Assembly: GCA_030065015.1 (NCBI GenBank)
Contig: JASJDU010000002.1
Location: 14,615-78,614 of the forward strand
Length of the DNA stretch: 64,000 nt
Origin: Candidatus Caenarcanales bacterium
Lineage (GTDB): Bacteria > Cyanobacteriota > Vampirovibrionia > Caenarcaniphilales > Caenarcanaceae
Direction of reading: 5' to 3'
A model generated the notes under the pieces. The model was not told the DNA's origin and ran no database searches. It worked only from the letters and a program-made list of their open reading frames with translations. Both the position numbers and the translations under genes were made by a program. Shown here piece by piece: positions 9,218-18,767 of the stretch (within the stretch, counting starts at the first letter, position 1; each line of letters begins with the position of its first letter).

Positions 9218-10579
9218 ACATTTTTGCTGAACATCAGTATCCAGCCAAAAATTAATATATCTTCGATCGGGATCGTATATGTTTGACTGCCTTTGAATAT
9301 TGAACTTTCTACTGCGAGGATCGTGGCCAACTCCTGCAACATAACACCAGTTGCCCCAATTACTATAGACATCGTAATCAATCAATTGTGATTCAAACCA
9401 TTCAGCGCCGAGTCTCCAATCCAATTGCAAATCATGAACCAAATAACTGGCAACATTCTGTCTTCCTCTGTTAGACATGAATCCCGAGTTTAGGAGTTCC
9501 TTCATATTTGCATTGACAAAATCTTCTTTTGTTTTGCCGAGCCTCCATTGTTCGAATTTCTCCAAATCGTGTTCATTTTCATTAATTTTTTTACCGTTTA
9601 TACCAGTCTTCTGAAATATTTTATTTTTGTATTTTTGTGTGGAAAGCCTAAAGAACTCCCTCCATAAAAGCTCGAAGATAACCCAGTAAGTTGATTCGTT
9701 AGAGCCAAACTGTTGCTCAAATTTTTTAATTTCCCAATAAACTAACCTTGGGGAAAGACAACCGTTGGCCAACCAAGCAGAAAACTTTGTTGAGTAATCT
9801 GAGCCCAACATCCCATTTCTTGTTTTTTTATAGTTATTAACTTTCTTACTTTGCCACAAATAGTAATTCAATCGCTTTAAAGCCTTGGATTCACCGCCAG
9901 CAAATTTTATAGCAGACTTGTTAGATTCAGTTCGAATCAATTCCGAAGGAATCAAATCATCTATTTGCGGAATTGCTTGAGAGTAATCAAGCTCAAGAAG
10001 TTTCGTCTTGAAAGAATTTATAGAATCTTTCGCCGAAAAGAATTCAAGGCTATTAGGAACAATGGACAGAGGTTCTATCTTCGATTCTCTTTCCACTCTG
10101 TTTCGAAAAACAGTGAAAATATCGGGTAAATCTGCAATTTGGAAAGGTAAGTATTCAGAGTTGTAAAGAGAGTTTGTATCAAAGAAGTGAATGTTTAAGT
10201 TATTTCTTTCGCAAAATTCACGGACTTCATCTTCAACTTGCAATTCCTCACTGGCAAACTCTTTTTGAGTATAAATTTGTTGTATGTGTGGAAACTGTTC
10301 TTTTAGTCTCTCTAAAACCTCTGTAATGTTCTCTGATCTGATTAGCAGATCCAACTCTAAACTTTGTAAATTAGCTTTTAGCCCTTCAACACTTTCGACT
10401 AAAAATTGAGTCCTAAAGCATCCTGTCTTGGGGAGTCCACTCAAAGATAGTTTCTGAAATTGATACGGTAAGAAACAATAAATGGGCAAAACTTCATCCG
10501 AGTTTTTAATTGCTTCATAAAAAGCTTTATTATCATGAAGCCTTAAGTTGTTTCTAAACCAGATTATTGATGAAGTCAT
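9200..10579 (-). CDS. cryptochrome DASH (ssDNA CPD photolyase family)
   Basis: N-terminus IIWFRNNLRLHDNKAF. C-terminus SNRGRQNVASYLVHDLQLDWRLGAEWFESQLIDYDVYSNWGNWCYVAGVGHDPR.RKFN is near-identical to the Cry-DASH signature region. ATG at 10579. Confidence 0.85.
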   Translation of the reverse strand: MTSSIIWFRNNLRLHDNKAFYEAIKNSDEVLPIYCFLPYQFQKLSLSGLPKTGCFRTQFLVESVEGLKANLQSLELDLLIRSENITEVLERLKEQFPHIQQIYTQKEFASEELQVEDEVREFCERNNLNIHFFDTNSLYNSEYLPFQIADLPDIFTVFRNRVERESKIEPLSIVPNSLEFFSAKDSINSFKTKLLELDYSQAIPQIDDLIPSELIRTESNKSAIKFAGGESKALKRLNYYLWQSKKVNNYKKTRNGMLGSDYSTKFSAWLANGCLSPRLVYWEIKKFEQQFGSNESTYWVIFELLWREFFRLSTQKYKNKIFQKTGINGKKINENEHDLEKFEQWRLGKTKEDFVNANMKELLNSGFMSNRGRQNVASYLVHDLQLDWRLGAEWFESQLIDYDVYSNWGNWCYVAGVGHDPRSRKFNIQRQSNIYDPDRRYINFWLDTDVQQKCLFTNF

Positions 10580-10736
10580 ATTATTTGGAATTTTATTGAA
10601 ATTCTAGAATCAATATTAAAAGACTCGCATCAAAATAGGCGGCAACTCATATTTATCCTCATTATAGTTGAGAATCTTTTCTGTTTTTTATTCTTTGACA
10701 AATACCCCTACTTGATGAATATTAATTTTGAAAAGT

Positions 10737-11792
10737 CTAAAGATCGATTTTATGTCGCTTTAGATCTCTTTTGTACATTTCATTTAATGATATAGCTGTT
10801 GCATAATCTTGGGAAGGGAATTTAACTGCAACACAAAATCCTTTAGGTTCATTTTTCTTGAAATGACACCTAACTCCTATAGCTGTTCTGTTTTTATTAG
10901 AAGGCGTTTTTGTATTAATTTCATTTCCATTTTCAAAAGCTACTAACTGTGTATCCAATGGTAAGGTGTCATTGTTTTGTGATCTAAGAATGAATCTATA
11001 TGAATGTATATCTTCTTCCTCTTTTTCCCTAAAATCAGGAGCCCTGTACAAACCAATTTGATATTCTTTGCCTTCTCCATCTTGGAGAATACCGGTAATA
11101 ATTTTAATAGACCGAACCTTAGGAACGTAGTCGTCTATAAAATCTCCAGCATATGGATTGCAAGAAAAACCACTCTTTGATTGAAAAAATAATTTAGAGA
11201 AATTTTCAATATATAACTTATGAAGGTTATTGAGTTCTATATTAACGAATTGATCTCCGCTAATCGAACTAATAGTGAATCCTATTCCTTCATTTCTAGG
11301 ATCTGTTACTTCTCTCGCCAAACGGTATGGCATAACAAGCCTGTTTAACGTATTAGGCATAATAATATCTGGGCCAATTCTGTCTCTTCTTCTTGTGTTT
11401 ATTTTGACATCACCTTCAAAAGATTCTTCTCCATTTGGAGAATGTAAAATAAGTTCATACTTGTGAATTTCTTTAGTGTTATCAAAGTTGCCTCTATTAG
11501 GAAGTATTTCAAATGGAAAAGTTTTATCGTTTAAAAAAAATTTGCCTAATATTTGTGGCGTACCAGTATTATTAATAACCTGGTAAGACCAATTCTGTTC
11601 TATTTGTGTAACTCCCTTAATCCCATTGAGTTTCACAAATTTAGTTCTCACATTATTGGAATTAGATTTTTTTAACTTAAATACTTGTTTTGATTTATCC
11701 TGTCTACGTTGAGCCAGGGAGTTTCCAAGAATTCTTATAGAGTTAATCATTAAAGAGACAACCAGTATTTGTAAAGCAATAATAGCCTTCAA
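10737..11792 (-). CDS. hypothetical secreted protein (N-terminal hydrophobic signal-like segment)
   Basis: 351-aa ORF with no recognisable catalytic motifs. Start uncertain (TTG 11792 or ATG 11750). Confidence 0.45.
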   Translation of the reverse strand: MKAIIALQILVVSLMINSIRILGNSLAQRRQDKSKQVFKLKKSNSNNVRTKFVKLNGIKGVTQIEQNWSYQVINNTGTPQILGKFFLNDKTFPFEILPNRGNFDNTKEIHKYELILHSPNGEESFEGDVKINTRRRDRIGPDIIMPNTLNRLVMPYRLAREVTDPRNEGIGFTISSISGDQFVNIELNNLHKLYIENFSKLFFQSKSGFSCNPYAGDFIDDYVPKVRSIKIITGILQDGEGKEYQIGLYRAPDFREKEEEDIHSYRFILRSQNNDTLPLDTQLVAFENGNEINTKTPSNKNRTAIGVRCHFKKNEPKGFCVAVKFPSQDYATAISLNEMYKRDLKRHKIDL

Positions 11793-11888
11793 GGTTTATT
11801 CTGTCAATACGCGGCGAGTTTGTATCGTGCAATCTTTCATCTCGTATGTTTTGATTACCTAAGGAGTTGACTCCAATAAAGCAATGAA

Positions 11889-12359
11889 ATGAAAAAACTT
11901 CTAAAACAAATTAATTATTCTGTATTTTCAGTAACAACTGCTTTTGAAGATATACTCAATGCCAATATTGCTACGTGGGTTATGCAATCTTCTATGCAAG
12001 GAAAAATGCTAGTTGTTGCACTGGATAAGGAAGATTTCACAATTGAGTTAGTGAAGAAAAGTAAAATTTTAAATATAAACTTACTCGCATCAGATCAAAC
12101 CAGTCTAATCAATAAACTGGGGCGAAAATCTGGCCGAGACATCGATAAATTCAAGAAACTAAACTTCAAACTCGATCAGCGTGGGTGTCCAATTTTACTC
12201 GACTCAATCGGTTATATTCAGTGTGAAGTTGAAGCGTCAATTGATTCTCTGGATCACGAAGTTTTTAGTTGTGCAGTCCTCAAACAGATCACTCTAAACA
12301 AAGACAAAGCATCTCTCACAATCAATGATTTGCGGGAGAAGAAGCTCGTTCGAGGCTAA
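11889..12359 (+). CDS. flavin reductase-like (FMN-binding split-barrel) family protein
   Basis: 156 aa. Pattern ATWVMQSS...LLASDQTSL...CPILLDSIGYIQCEV...HEVFSCAV resembles the flavin reductase domain. ATG at 11889. Confidence 0.55.
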   Translation: MKKLLKQINYSVFSVTTAFEDILNANIATWVMQSSMQGKMLVVALDKEDFTIELVKKSKILNINLLASDQTSLINKLGRKSGRDIDKFKKLNFKLDQRGCPILLDSIGYIQCEVEASIDSLDHEVFSCAVLKQITLNKDKASLTINDLREKKLVRG

Positions 12360-12377
12360 AGAAGTTCAAGTTAAAAC

Positions 12378-13940
12378 CTAAAGATTTCCATCATTTTCCA
12401 TTTTGTAATCCAAAACCAATTGTTCATATTGAGCTTGCTTACCTTCATAATATTTTTGAACTACTTTTTTTGCAATTAAAGCCTCTTGAAACTCAAGTCC
12501 TTTTTCTTTTACGATTCTTTCTCTTGTCTTCTTTCGGAGATCTGAAATGATTTTTCCATTAACTTTTCTAGTTAAAGACCAATCCAAAATCGGGGAAGGA
12601 TAATTTACTTTATTGATCCACTTGAGATCTAAGAGTTCCTGCAAGTAAAAACTCTTCAATTCAGGTACCCAATAATGAGTGTATTCCAGTCTTTCATCTC
12701 TTTCTTTGAGGTTTGTAATTGGATTGTAAATTCTAAATGTTTCTGAAAGAGGATTCGTGATACCCGCCTGCATTTGCCACTGCCAGTTATTAATAGCATA
12801 ATCTGCATCTATCAAATGTTTCATAAAATACTCTGCCCCATGATGCCAGCTTATCCCGCAATTAATGGTCAGAAAAGTTGCACACATGGATCTCATCCTG
12901 AAATTCATCCATCCGTTTTCGAGTAAATGTCTCATGCTTGCATCAATTAGGGGGAACCCAGTTTGTCCTTCCTGCCAGGCAGTCAGTAAGGCTTGCTTTT
13001 CTCTAGGTAACTCATCTTTGCAATAAACTGCATCAAATTCTCGATGACGGTTTTGCCAAATAATCTCAGGGTGAAAATAAAGTCTTTGTGTAAAACTATC
13101 CCTCCATCTAATTCTGTCTAGAAAAGCTTTTAATGAGAATTTATACTTTGAATTATCTGTGTCCTTAATAGCTTGTCTTACTCTCTGAGAGATATCTCTA
13201 GTTGAGATGGTGCCAAAATATACGTGAGGAGATAGATGTGAGGTTGCACCCATCTGCGCTAGCCAGGGACGAGATAGCTTCCAATGATAACCGTAGGCTC
13301 TTTTCTGCAAAAAGTTATTTAACTCTCGATTAGCTTCAACTTCACCACCTTTGAAAAGATTGAATTTCTGCCCGGGTAAAAGTTTCTCAATTTCCTCCAA
13401 AGATGTTTCCTTGGGAAATTGTAAATGTGAATTAAGCTGAATCAGCTTTTCAGCCGGTTTATGTCTCTTTGCTTTTTGGTAAGCATAATACTGCTCTCGC
13501 CAACTGTCCATTTCAGATTCTCTTGTTAATAGAAAATTATTGGTACAGAGTTTGACCTTACAGTTGAGTTCATTTACATTCTTTAGAAGAGATTCATCCA
13601 GTTCAGTTGAGTAAGCCACTTCTGCTTCTCTAGAAAAAATCAGTCTCACAAGTTTGTTTTCTTTGTTTAAAAGCTTTAAGAGATTGAAGATAATTTCCTT
13701 GCTTTTTCCGTAAAAGATTCTCAATTTACAATTTTGTTTGTCGAGTTCCTCTCTTAAATTCTTTAAAGATTCGAGTAAAAATTGTGCTCTTTTAACACTA
13801 GCTTCCGAGTGGTCAAGATAATCCTCATCCCAAATAAAGAAGAAAACGCTGGCTTTATTCTCTAGAATTTCTGTTGTGAACAGTTGATTGTCATGAAGTC
13901 TTAAGTCCCTTCTCAGCCAGACAAGATTGATTGTTTCCAT
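12378..13940 (-). CDS. deoxyribodipyrimidine photolyase / cryptochrome family protein (class-I-like) with C-terminal extension
   Basis: INLVWLRRDLRLHDN; TGFPLIDASMRHLLENGWMNFRMRSMCATFL...AEYFMKHLIDADYAINNWQWQMQAG...FRIYNPI parallels the E. coli Phr FAD-binding region. ATG at 13940, 8 nt after the pyrF stop; the ORF-track start is TTG. Confidence 0.8.
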   Translation of the reverse strand: METINLVWLRRDLRLHDNQLFTTEILENKASVFFFIWDEDYLDHSEASVKRAQFLLESLKNLREELDKQNCKLRIFYGKSKEIIFNLLKLLNKENKLVRLIFSREAEVAYSTELDESLLKNVNELNCKVKLCTNNFLLTRESEMDSWREQYYAYQKAKRHKPAEKLIQLNSHLQFPKETSLEEIEKLLPGQKFNLFKGGEVEANRELNNFLQKRAYGYHWKLSRPWLAQMGATSHLSPHVYFGTISTRDISQRVRQAIKDTDNSKYKFSLKAFLDRIRWRDSFTQRLYFHPEIIWQNRHREFDAVYCKDELPREKQALLTAWQEGQTGFPLIDASMRHLLENGWMNFRMRSMCATFLTINCGISWHHGAEYFMKHLIDADYAINNWQWQMQAGITNPLSETFRIYNPITNLKERDERLEYTHYWVPELKSFYLQELLDLKWINKVNYPSPILDWSLTRKVNGKIISDLRKKTRERIVKEKGLEFQEALIAKKVVQKYYEGKQAQYEQLVLDYKMENDGNL

Positions 13941-13948
13941 ATCATGAA

Positions 13949-14686
13949 TCAGCAATCAGCGATTTTTTTAGTCTCCAGAGATCTTTTTGTATCTTCAACC
14001 TCTTGAATTAACTCAATCCAGGAACTATTTGGATTCTCTGCTTGTGTGATAGATCTTCCTAGAACAAGCATGTCAGCGCCCAGCTCTAATGCTCGTCTTG
14101 GGGTTGCTACTCTTTTTTGGTCTTGCAAGGAAGCTCCTTCTTTTCGGATACCAGGGGTTACAAGTTTTACCGAGGGGTAACTTGCCTTTATGCTGATAAT
14201 TTCTTGAGGAGAAGATACAAACCACTTTAAACCGTTATCCACCCCAACCTTCAATAATTTTTTTGATAGGGTTCCGAGATCTATTCCAAAGTCATTTCTA
14301 AAATTCTCAGCCGAGTGAGATGTCAAAACAGAAACTCCTATAATGGTTATCTTTCCAACTCCTGCTTCCACAGAAGCTTTTATCATTTCAGCACCGCCTA
14401 AGGTGTGAACAGTTAAATAGTTGACATCTGTACCAAAATTGTTCTTAATGCCCAAGATTGTCTTACCTACAGTGTTTGGAATGTCGTGAAGTTTAAGATC
14501 GAGAAAAATTTTAGAATTTGGACTATGAGCCTTACATAGTTCAACAGCTCTCTCAATACCAAAGACTGAACACAATTCAAGTCCAATTTTTAATATGCTT
14601 GGTTTTGGATTTAGGCTCTTGAGAAGGTCTATAACTTTGTCTTCAGCTGAAAAATCTAGAGCTAAAGCAATGCAGTCGAGATTCAT
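13949..14686 (-). CDS. pyrF: orotidine 5'-phosphate decarboxylase
   Basis: IALALDF...LKIGLEL...FLDLKLHDIPNTV are classic PyrF motifs. ATG at 14686. Confidence 0.9.
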   Translation of the reverse strand: MNLDCIALALDFSAEDKVIDLLKSLNPKPSILKIGLELCSVFGIERAVELCKAHSPNSKIFLDLKLHDIPNTVGKTILGIKNNFGTDVNYLTVHTLGGAEMIKASVEAGVGKITIIGVSVLTSHSAENFRNDFGIDLGTLSKKLLKVGVDNGLKWFVSSPQEIISIKASYPSVKLVTPGIRKEGASLQDQKRVATPRRALELGADMLVLGRSITQAENPNSSWIELIQEVEDTKRSLETKKIADC

Positions 14687-14693
14687 GAAGTTC

Positions 14694-15446
14694 TTACTTT
14701 ACTTGTTTAATGACATATCCTAACAGATAGGGATCTTTCAAAGTTGGAGCCGAAATGCTTTGGAAAATGCGCTTACTTAGTCTAGAAGCTCTCCATTGAT
14801 ATTTCCCACCAACAAAAGATGTCTCTCCATATAGGATATCAGTAGAAGGATCATAGAAAGCTTGAGTCTTGTTTGTCCCCGATTTAGTTTTGGTTTCCCA
14901 TTGAAGATTTTTTGAATTTTTTTTCGAAAGGCTTAAATTAAGCACTTCTCTCTTTAAATTATTTTCATTGGGGGCGAAATGATTCCCTTTCAAACTCTTA
15001 TTTATTTCCAAAATGCCCGTAAGTATAACCTTTTCATCATTCAATTCCATTATGTTTAAAGGGTGGTTTGGCATTACTTTCCCTGTTAAAAAGTCTATTC
15101 TTGGGGAGAAAAGCTTGTAACCTTCTTTCAAGAAGAGATCTTTCTTTTCAGATGAGTAAAACCAATATCCATAGGGGGTTTTTTGTTTCTTAGGGTATGA
15201 AGTAAGCTTTCTTTTTATTGATTTACAAGTGAGGTTGCCGCTTAGTCTTGCTTCGGTTGGATTTGGTAGTTCGCAATTCGTTTCAACAAAAAGTACATGA
15301 CTCATTAAATTTTTATGAGCATTGGATAGATTTTGACCATTGACTGTATTAATAGTGTCGTTTGATGAATTAGTACAGGCGCTGATTAACGTCAAAATCA
15401 AAAGTGTAAATATTAAACAAATGTATTGTTTGAAAAAAAACTTCAT
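14694..15446 (-). CDS. lipoprotein, paralog 2 (lipobox LISAC)
   Basis: MKFFFKQYICLIFTLLILTLISAC signal plus lipobox. Shares YGYW and Y.W(K/R)ASRLSK(K/R) blocks with the upstream gene. Confidence 0.6.
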   Translation of the reverse strand: MKFFFKQYICLIFTLLILTLISACTNSSNDTINTVNGQNLSNAHKNLMSHVLFVETNCELPNPTEARLSGNLTCKSIKRKLTSYPKKQKTPYGYWFYSSEKKDLFLKEGYKLFSPRIDFLTGKVMPNHPLNIMELNDEKVILTGILEINKSLKGNHFAPNENNLKREVLNLSLSKKNSKNLQWETKTKSGTNKTQAFYDPSTDILYGETSFVGGKYQWRASRLSKRIFQSISAPTLKDPYLLGYVIKQVK

Positions 15447-15451
15447 TGAAT

Positions 15452-16252
15452 TCAACTCTCCTTTAGACTTTGTTTAACCAACTCTTTAATTACTGGATTT
15501 TCATAATCGATGGCAACTACATGCTCATTGTTAGGCAAGCTCTCATTACGTTCTCCAGTATTGTTTATTTTGAGGAAATCTTTTTTAGACAGTCTGCTGG
15601 CTTTCCAGACATATGTTCCAAGTGGGATTTCTACTTCTTCAGGAAGACCATCTTTGGGAAAAGTTTTTCTTATATACATGTCAACTGTTCCAAATAAAAT
15701 GTCTTGTTTGGGGTCATAGTTAATAATTCGATGAAATCTTTGAAGTTTAAAGTCTCGGTTGTCTTTTTCCCCTGGAATCCAGGCAAAGTCCATTTCAAAT
15801 GAATTTGGTCCAAGCTTTTGAGTATTGTAATGTGGGATTAAAACTGTTCCGTATCCTGTGAGGTCGAATCCAAAATACCTACCGTTAATACCTTCACCTT
15901 TGTCGAAATAGAAAAAACCTGCATGAAGAAAGTCCTCTTTATCTAAATCTTTCTCTTGAACAACATATGAGTTTGTAGGTTTACCATTTTGTTCTAACTC
16001 AGTTCTAATGAGATTTGTGTAACTTTTGAGTTTGTGACCATCTTTTGCAAACACCATAAACATCCAATAACCAAAGGGAGAATTTTTTCTAATTTGTTGC
16101 CCCTTGGTTATTTTGTTTATTATCTCTTTATGGCTTTCTGACAATTTAGGTTCCACTTTTTGCCTGAATTTATATTTGTCTGATACACCTAAAGAACAAG
16201 CATTTAATAGTGCAATTAATACAACAATAAGGCTAAAAACAAATGCTTTCAT
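15452..16252 (-). CDS. lipoprotein, paralog 1 (lipobox LLNAC)
   Basis: MKAFVFSLIVVLIALLNAC. ATG at 16252. 3-nt gap to the upstream gene; 5 nt separate its stop from the downstream paralog's ATG. Confidence 0.6.
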   Translation of the reverse strand: MKAFVFSLIVVLIALLNACSLGVSDKYKFRQKVEPKLSESHKEIINKITKGQQIRKNSPFGYWMFMVFAKDGHKLKSYTNLIRTELEQNGKPTNSYVVQEKDLDKEDFLHAGFFYFDKGEGINGRYFGFDLTGYGTVLIPHYNTQKLGPNSFEMDFAWIPGEKDNRDFKLQRFHRIINYDPKQDILFGTVDMYIRKTFPKDGLPEEVEIPLGTYVWKASRLSKKDFLKINNTGERNESLPNNEHVVAIDYENPVIKELVKQSLKES

Positions 16253-16255
16253 GGT

Positions 16256-18223
16256 TTATGTATTGTCTGAAGGATCAACTTTTTTTCGCTTTGTATATAT
16301 TTCATCATTGGCTTTCTCTATAACTGTTGGGAGCCATATATCGTAACTCGCTGCGGTTAGGAACTCTTTGTTCGCCAATTCTCTAGTAACCCCGTCTTCT
16401 ATGTACGGATAAATCAATCCTTTACCAGCTTCAAGAGATTCATATTTTATTCCATGACTGATGTTAATCCTTCTTATAGATAGGTCTGAAACCTTTTTTA
16501 TTTCTTCTCTTTCACTTAAACCATTGAAATTAGCGTCTGACCATAAGACTAATTTATCTAATTCTTTATTTTCAAGATAACCATTTTTGTCTAAATCCAA
16601 TATTGATAAAGCTTGATATCCGTTTTTGTATTCATCACCATTTGTGAATTGTCCAAAAAGCTCTAAACCATTGTCTATAATGGAATTGTTGTTAAAGTCA
16701 TAGGCTAGAAATCCTTCGTTGGAAGAGAATTGTGGCCAGTAATGTTTTTTTGAATGGAGCCCATCCATTGAAAATTCAACAATGCGATCTTTTGTAACAT
16801 ATATCTTTTTGCCTTCTAAAGAAAGAGCTATTGGGCAATAGCAAGCTCCATGATAATTTTCGCCAACAATCCCGAGACTGTCATGAACAACACAATTTCC
16901 TCTGGATACACCTCCATCATCAAATCCGCACTCATCAAAACTTCTTTCGTCCTCAGGACCCCAATCGGCACACTCAGTCATGAATTGAGAATAACCATGC
17001 GTGTTGAGATACATTAACATGGTATTCACGCATGAAGCACTTAAATCACCCACATTGAAGGTCTCTGGGGTTGGAACGGCACAGGGTGGTTTACATTCAT
17101 AGGAAACTGATGATCCCGAACTGCTAAAAACAGTTCCTAATATGTAATTAGCAGGGCAGTCGGGTGTTAATTCTGTTGGGGGTGAATATGGTGGATCCGT
17201 TAAAGGAACAACTTCATCCAAGGGTAGCTCAAGATCATCGATACTTTCGTCTAACAAGGAATTTGTGCTTGAGATTGGCATCTGTGAGCTAGAGTTAGAT
17301 AAGGGGCTTGTTTGCTGAATGGGTAACGCTAAAGCTTGAGGAGCAGCAGCACATGTTCCAGAGGGAATTGATTCCAGGTTTATAGTCTCTCCAGAGAGAT
17401 TTGGTGCTATTCCATCGCTGTCAGCTGTTCCTTGAGCTGCATCCATGGAAAGAACCACTGCTCTGGAGTGAATCTCAAACCCTCCTTCTGTTATGAATTC
17501 AACAGGGTTCATATTTGAAAAAACCCCTTGACCAGATAAAAACGGAAGTCCTCCTGCAACTACTGGATCCATTCTTCCGGAAACTTCAACGTCAACACAA
17601 AAATCTTTATTATCATTATTTCCAGGAGCTGGGCAACAGATACCCGTGCCATAAGGATTCGCTCTAAATGCCCACCTCAAAGACATTATTGGACTGGTAA
17701 TTTTATAGTTTACATCGCAGTTGTTAGGTGTTGAGCTAGGTATTTTATTGAACCTGGACTCATTATGAGGCTTATGGCATTGGTTTTGGCTTACGTCGTC
17801 AACTTTTGCAGGATCGTCTATTCGTTCTCCCCATAAATTGTATAAAAGAACTTGTGATGCATTTACATATTCAAGGTTTGCTGCTCCCGGAATCTGGGCA
17901 AGTGAACCGATCAATTCTGTACAGCCATTAGTACCTTGAGAATTACATTCAAAAGGAACCCCTGCCTGGAGGAATGATATTGCTCCGGTGTTTTGTAAAG
18001 ATAAAGCTTGATCTCGAAGACGTATCATATCGCGAGCGTATACTAAAGCAGCTTCATTTGCTGCATTCTGGACTCTCGATAGACTAACCCACCTAAGCAA
18101 TAATTCTGCAGAGACTAATCCAACGATAAGAGTTAGACCAACTATCGCAAGAAAGAGAAACCAAGATACTATAGAACCTTTTTGTTTCCGCCGAAAATCA
18201 ATTGAATTGTGGCGATTCTTCAT
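16256..18223 (-). CDS. large TadE-like N-terminally anchored, Cys/Pro-rich surface protein with C-terminal EF-hand/dockerin-like Ca-binding loops
   Basis: ATG at 18223. N-terminal TM GSIVSWFLFLAIVGLTLIVGLVSAELL; more than 25 Cys; a Pro-rich linker (PPYSPPTELTPDCP). The C-terminal loop DLDKNGYLENKE is a canonical 12-residue EF-hand loop, plus DANFNGLSEREE and DFNNNSIIDNGLE. Confidence 0.6.
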   Translation of the reverse strand: MKNRHNSIDFRRKQKGSIVSWFLFLAIVGLTLIVGLVSAELLLRWVSLSRVQNAANEAALVYARDMIRLRDQALSLQNTGAISFLQAGVPFECNSQGTNGCTELIGSLAQIPGAANLEYVNASQVLLYNLWGERIDDPAKVDDVSQNQCHKPHNESRFNKIPSSTPNNCDVNYKITSPIMSLRWAFRANPYGTGICCPAPGNNDNKDFCVDVEVSGRMDPVVAGGLPFLSGQGVFSNMNPVEFITEGGFEIHSRAVVLSMDAAQGTADSDGIAPNLSGETINLESIPSGTCAAAPQALALPIQQTSPLSNSSSQMPISSTNSLLDESIDDLELPLDEVVPLTDPPYSPPTELTPDCPANYILGTVFSSSGSSVSYECKPPCAVPTPETFNVGDLSASCVNTMLMYLNTHGYSQFMTECADWGPEDERSFDECGFDDGGVSRGNCVVHDSLGIVGENYHGACYCPIALSLEGKKIYVTKDRIVEFSMDGLHSKKHYWPQFSSNEGFLAYDFNNNSIIDNGLELFGQFTNGDEYKNGYQALSILDLDKNGYLENKELDKLVLWSDANFNGLSEREEIKKVSDLSIRRINISHGIKYESLEAGKGLIYPYIEDGVTRELANKEFLTAASYDIWLPTVIEKANDEIYTKRKKVDPSDNT

Positions 18224-18341
18224 TTTTCATGAATATAAAAATTAACTTTCTCTTAAATAAATATAAACAAATAAACGTTATATTCACAGTCTTGAGATCT
18301 CAATTAAATAAAACTCTAGGAATTACCTAGTACCTTGATCT

Positions 18342-18710
18342 TTACCTCTTTTTTGCTTTGTTATCAAAGAGCAACATTGTTAGTATTCCGCATAACATCA
18401 TAATGGGTGAAGCAAAGGTGCTCGTTAATTGACCTAACCAGGTATCTCTTTCTTGAACAAAGTAGTTAAACAAGGCAATACTAATTGTGCAGATTAATAA
18501 ACCCGTAAAAACTCTCAAAAGATTGCTGAAACCGGCAATAATAAGCGCTCCCAATGGCAGCAAAGATAAAGAGATAATATTGGAGTACTCTTTAAGAATA
18601 TTATTGTTACTTCTACTGGGTTCAAAGAAAAGAAACATGCCAATACCAGCAATAAAGAATAATAAACCTAAGATGTTTTTGACCCAGTAAAAAAAAGTAT
18701 GAATTCTCAT
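18342..18710 (-). CDS. small hydrophobic membrane protein, unknown function
   Basis: ATG at 18710; 3-4 predicted TM helices. Confidence 0.45.
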   Translation of the reverse strand: MRIHTFFYWVKNILGLLFFIAGIGMFLFFEPSRSNNNILKEYSNIISLSLLPLGALIIAGFSNLLRVFTGLLICTISIALFNYFVQERDTWLGQLTSTFASPIMMLCGILTMLLFDNKAKKR

Positions 18711-18767
18711 TAATACAATAATCCCAATTCTCTTATCTTATTAATTCCCTAGAATTGAATTTGTATC

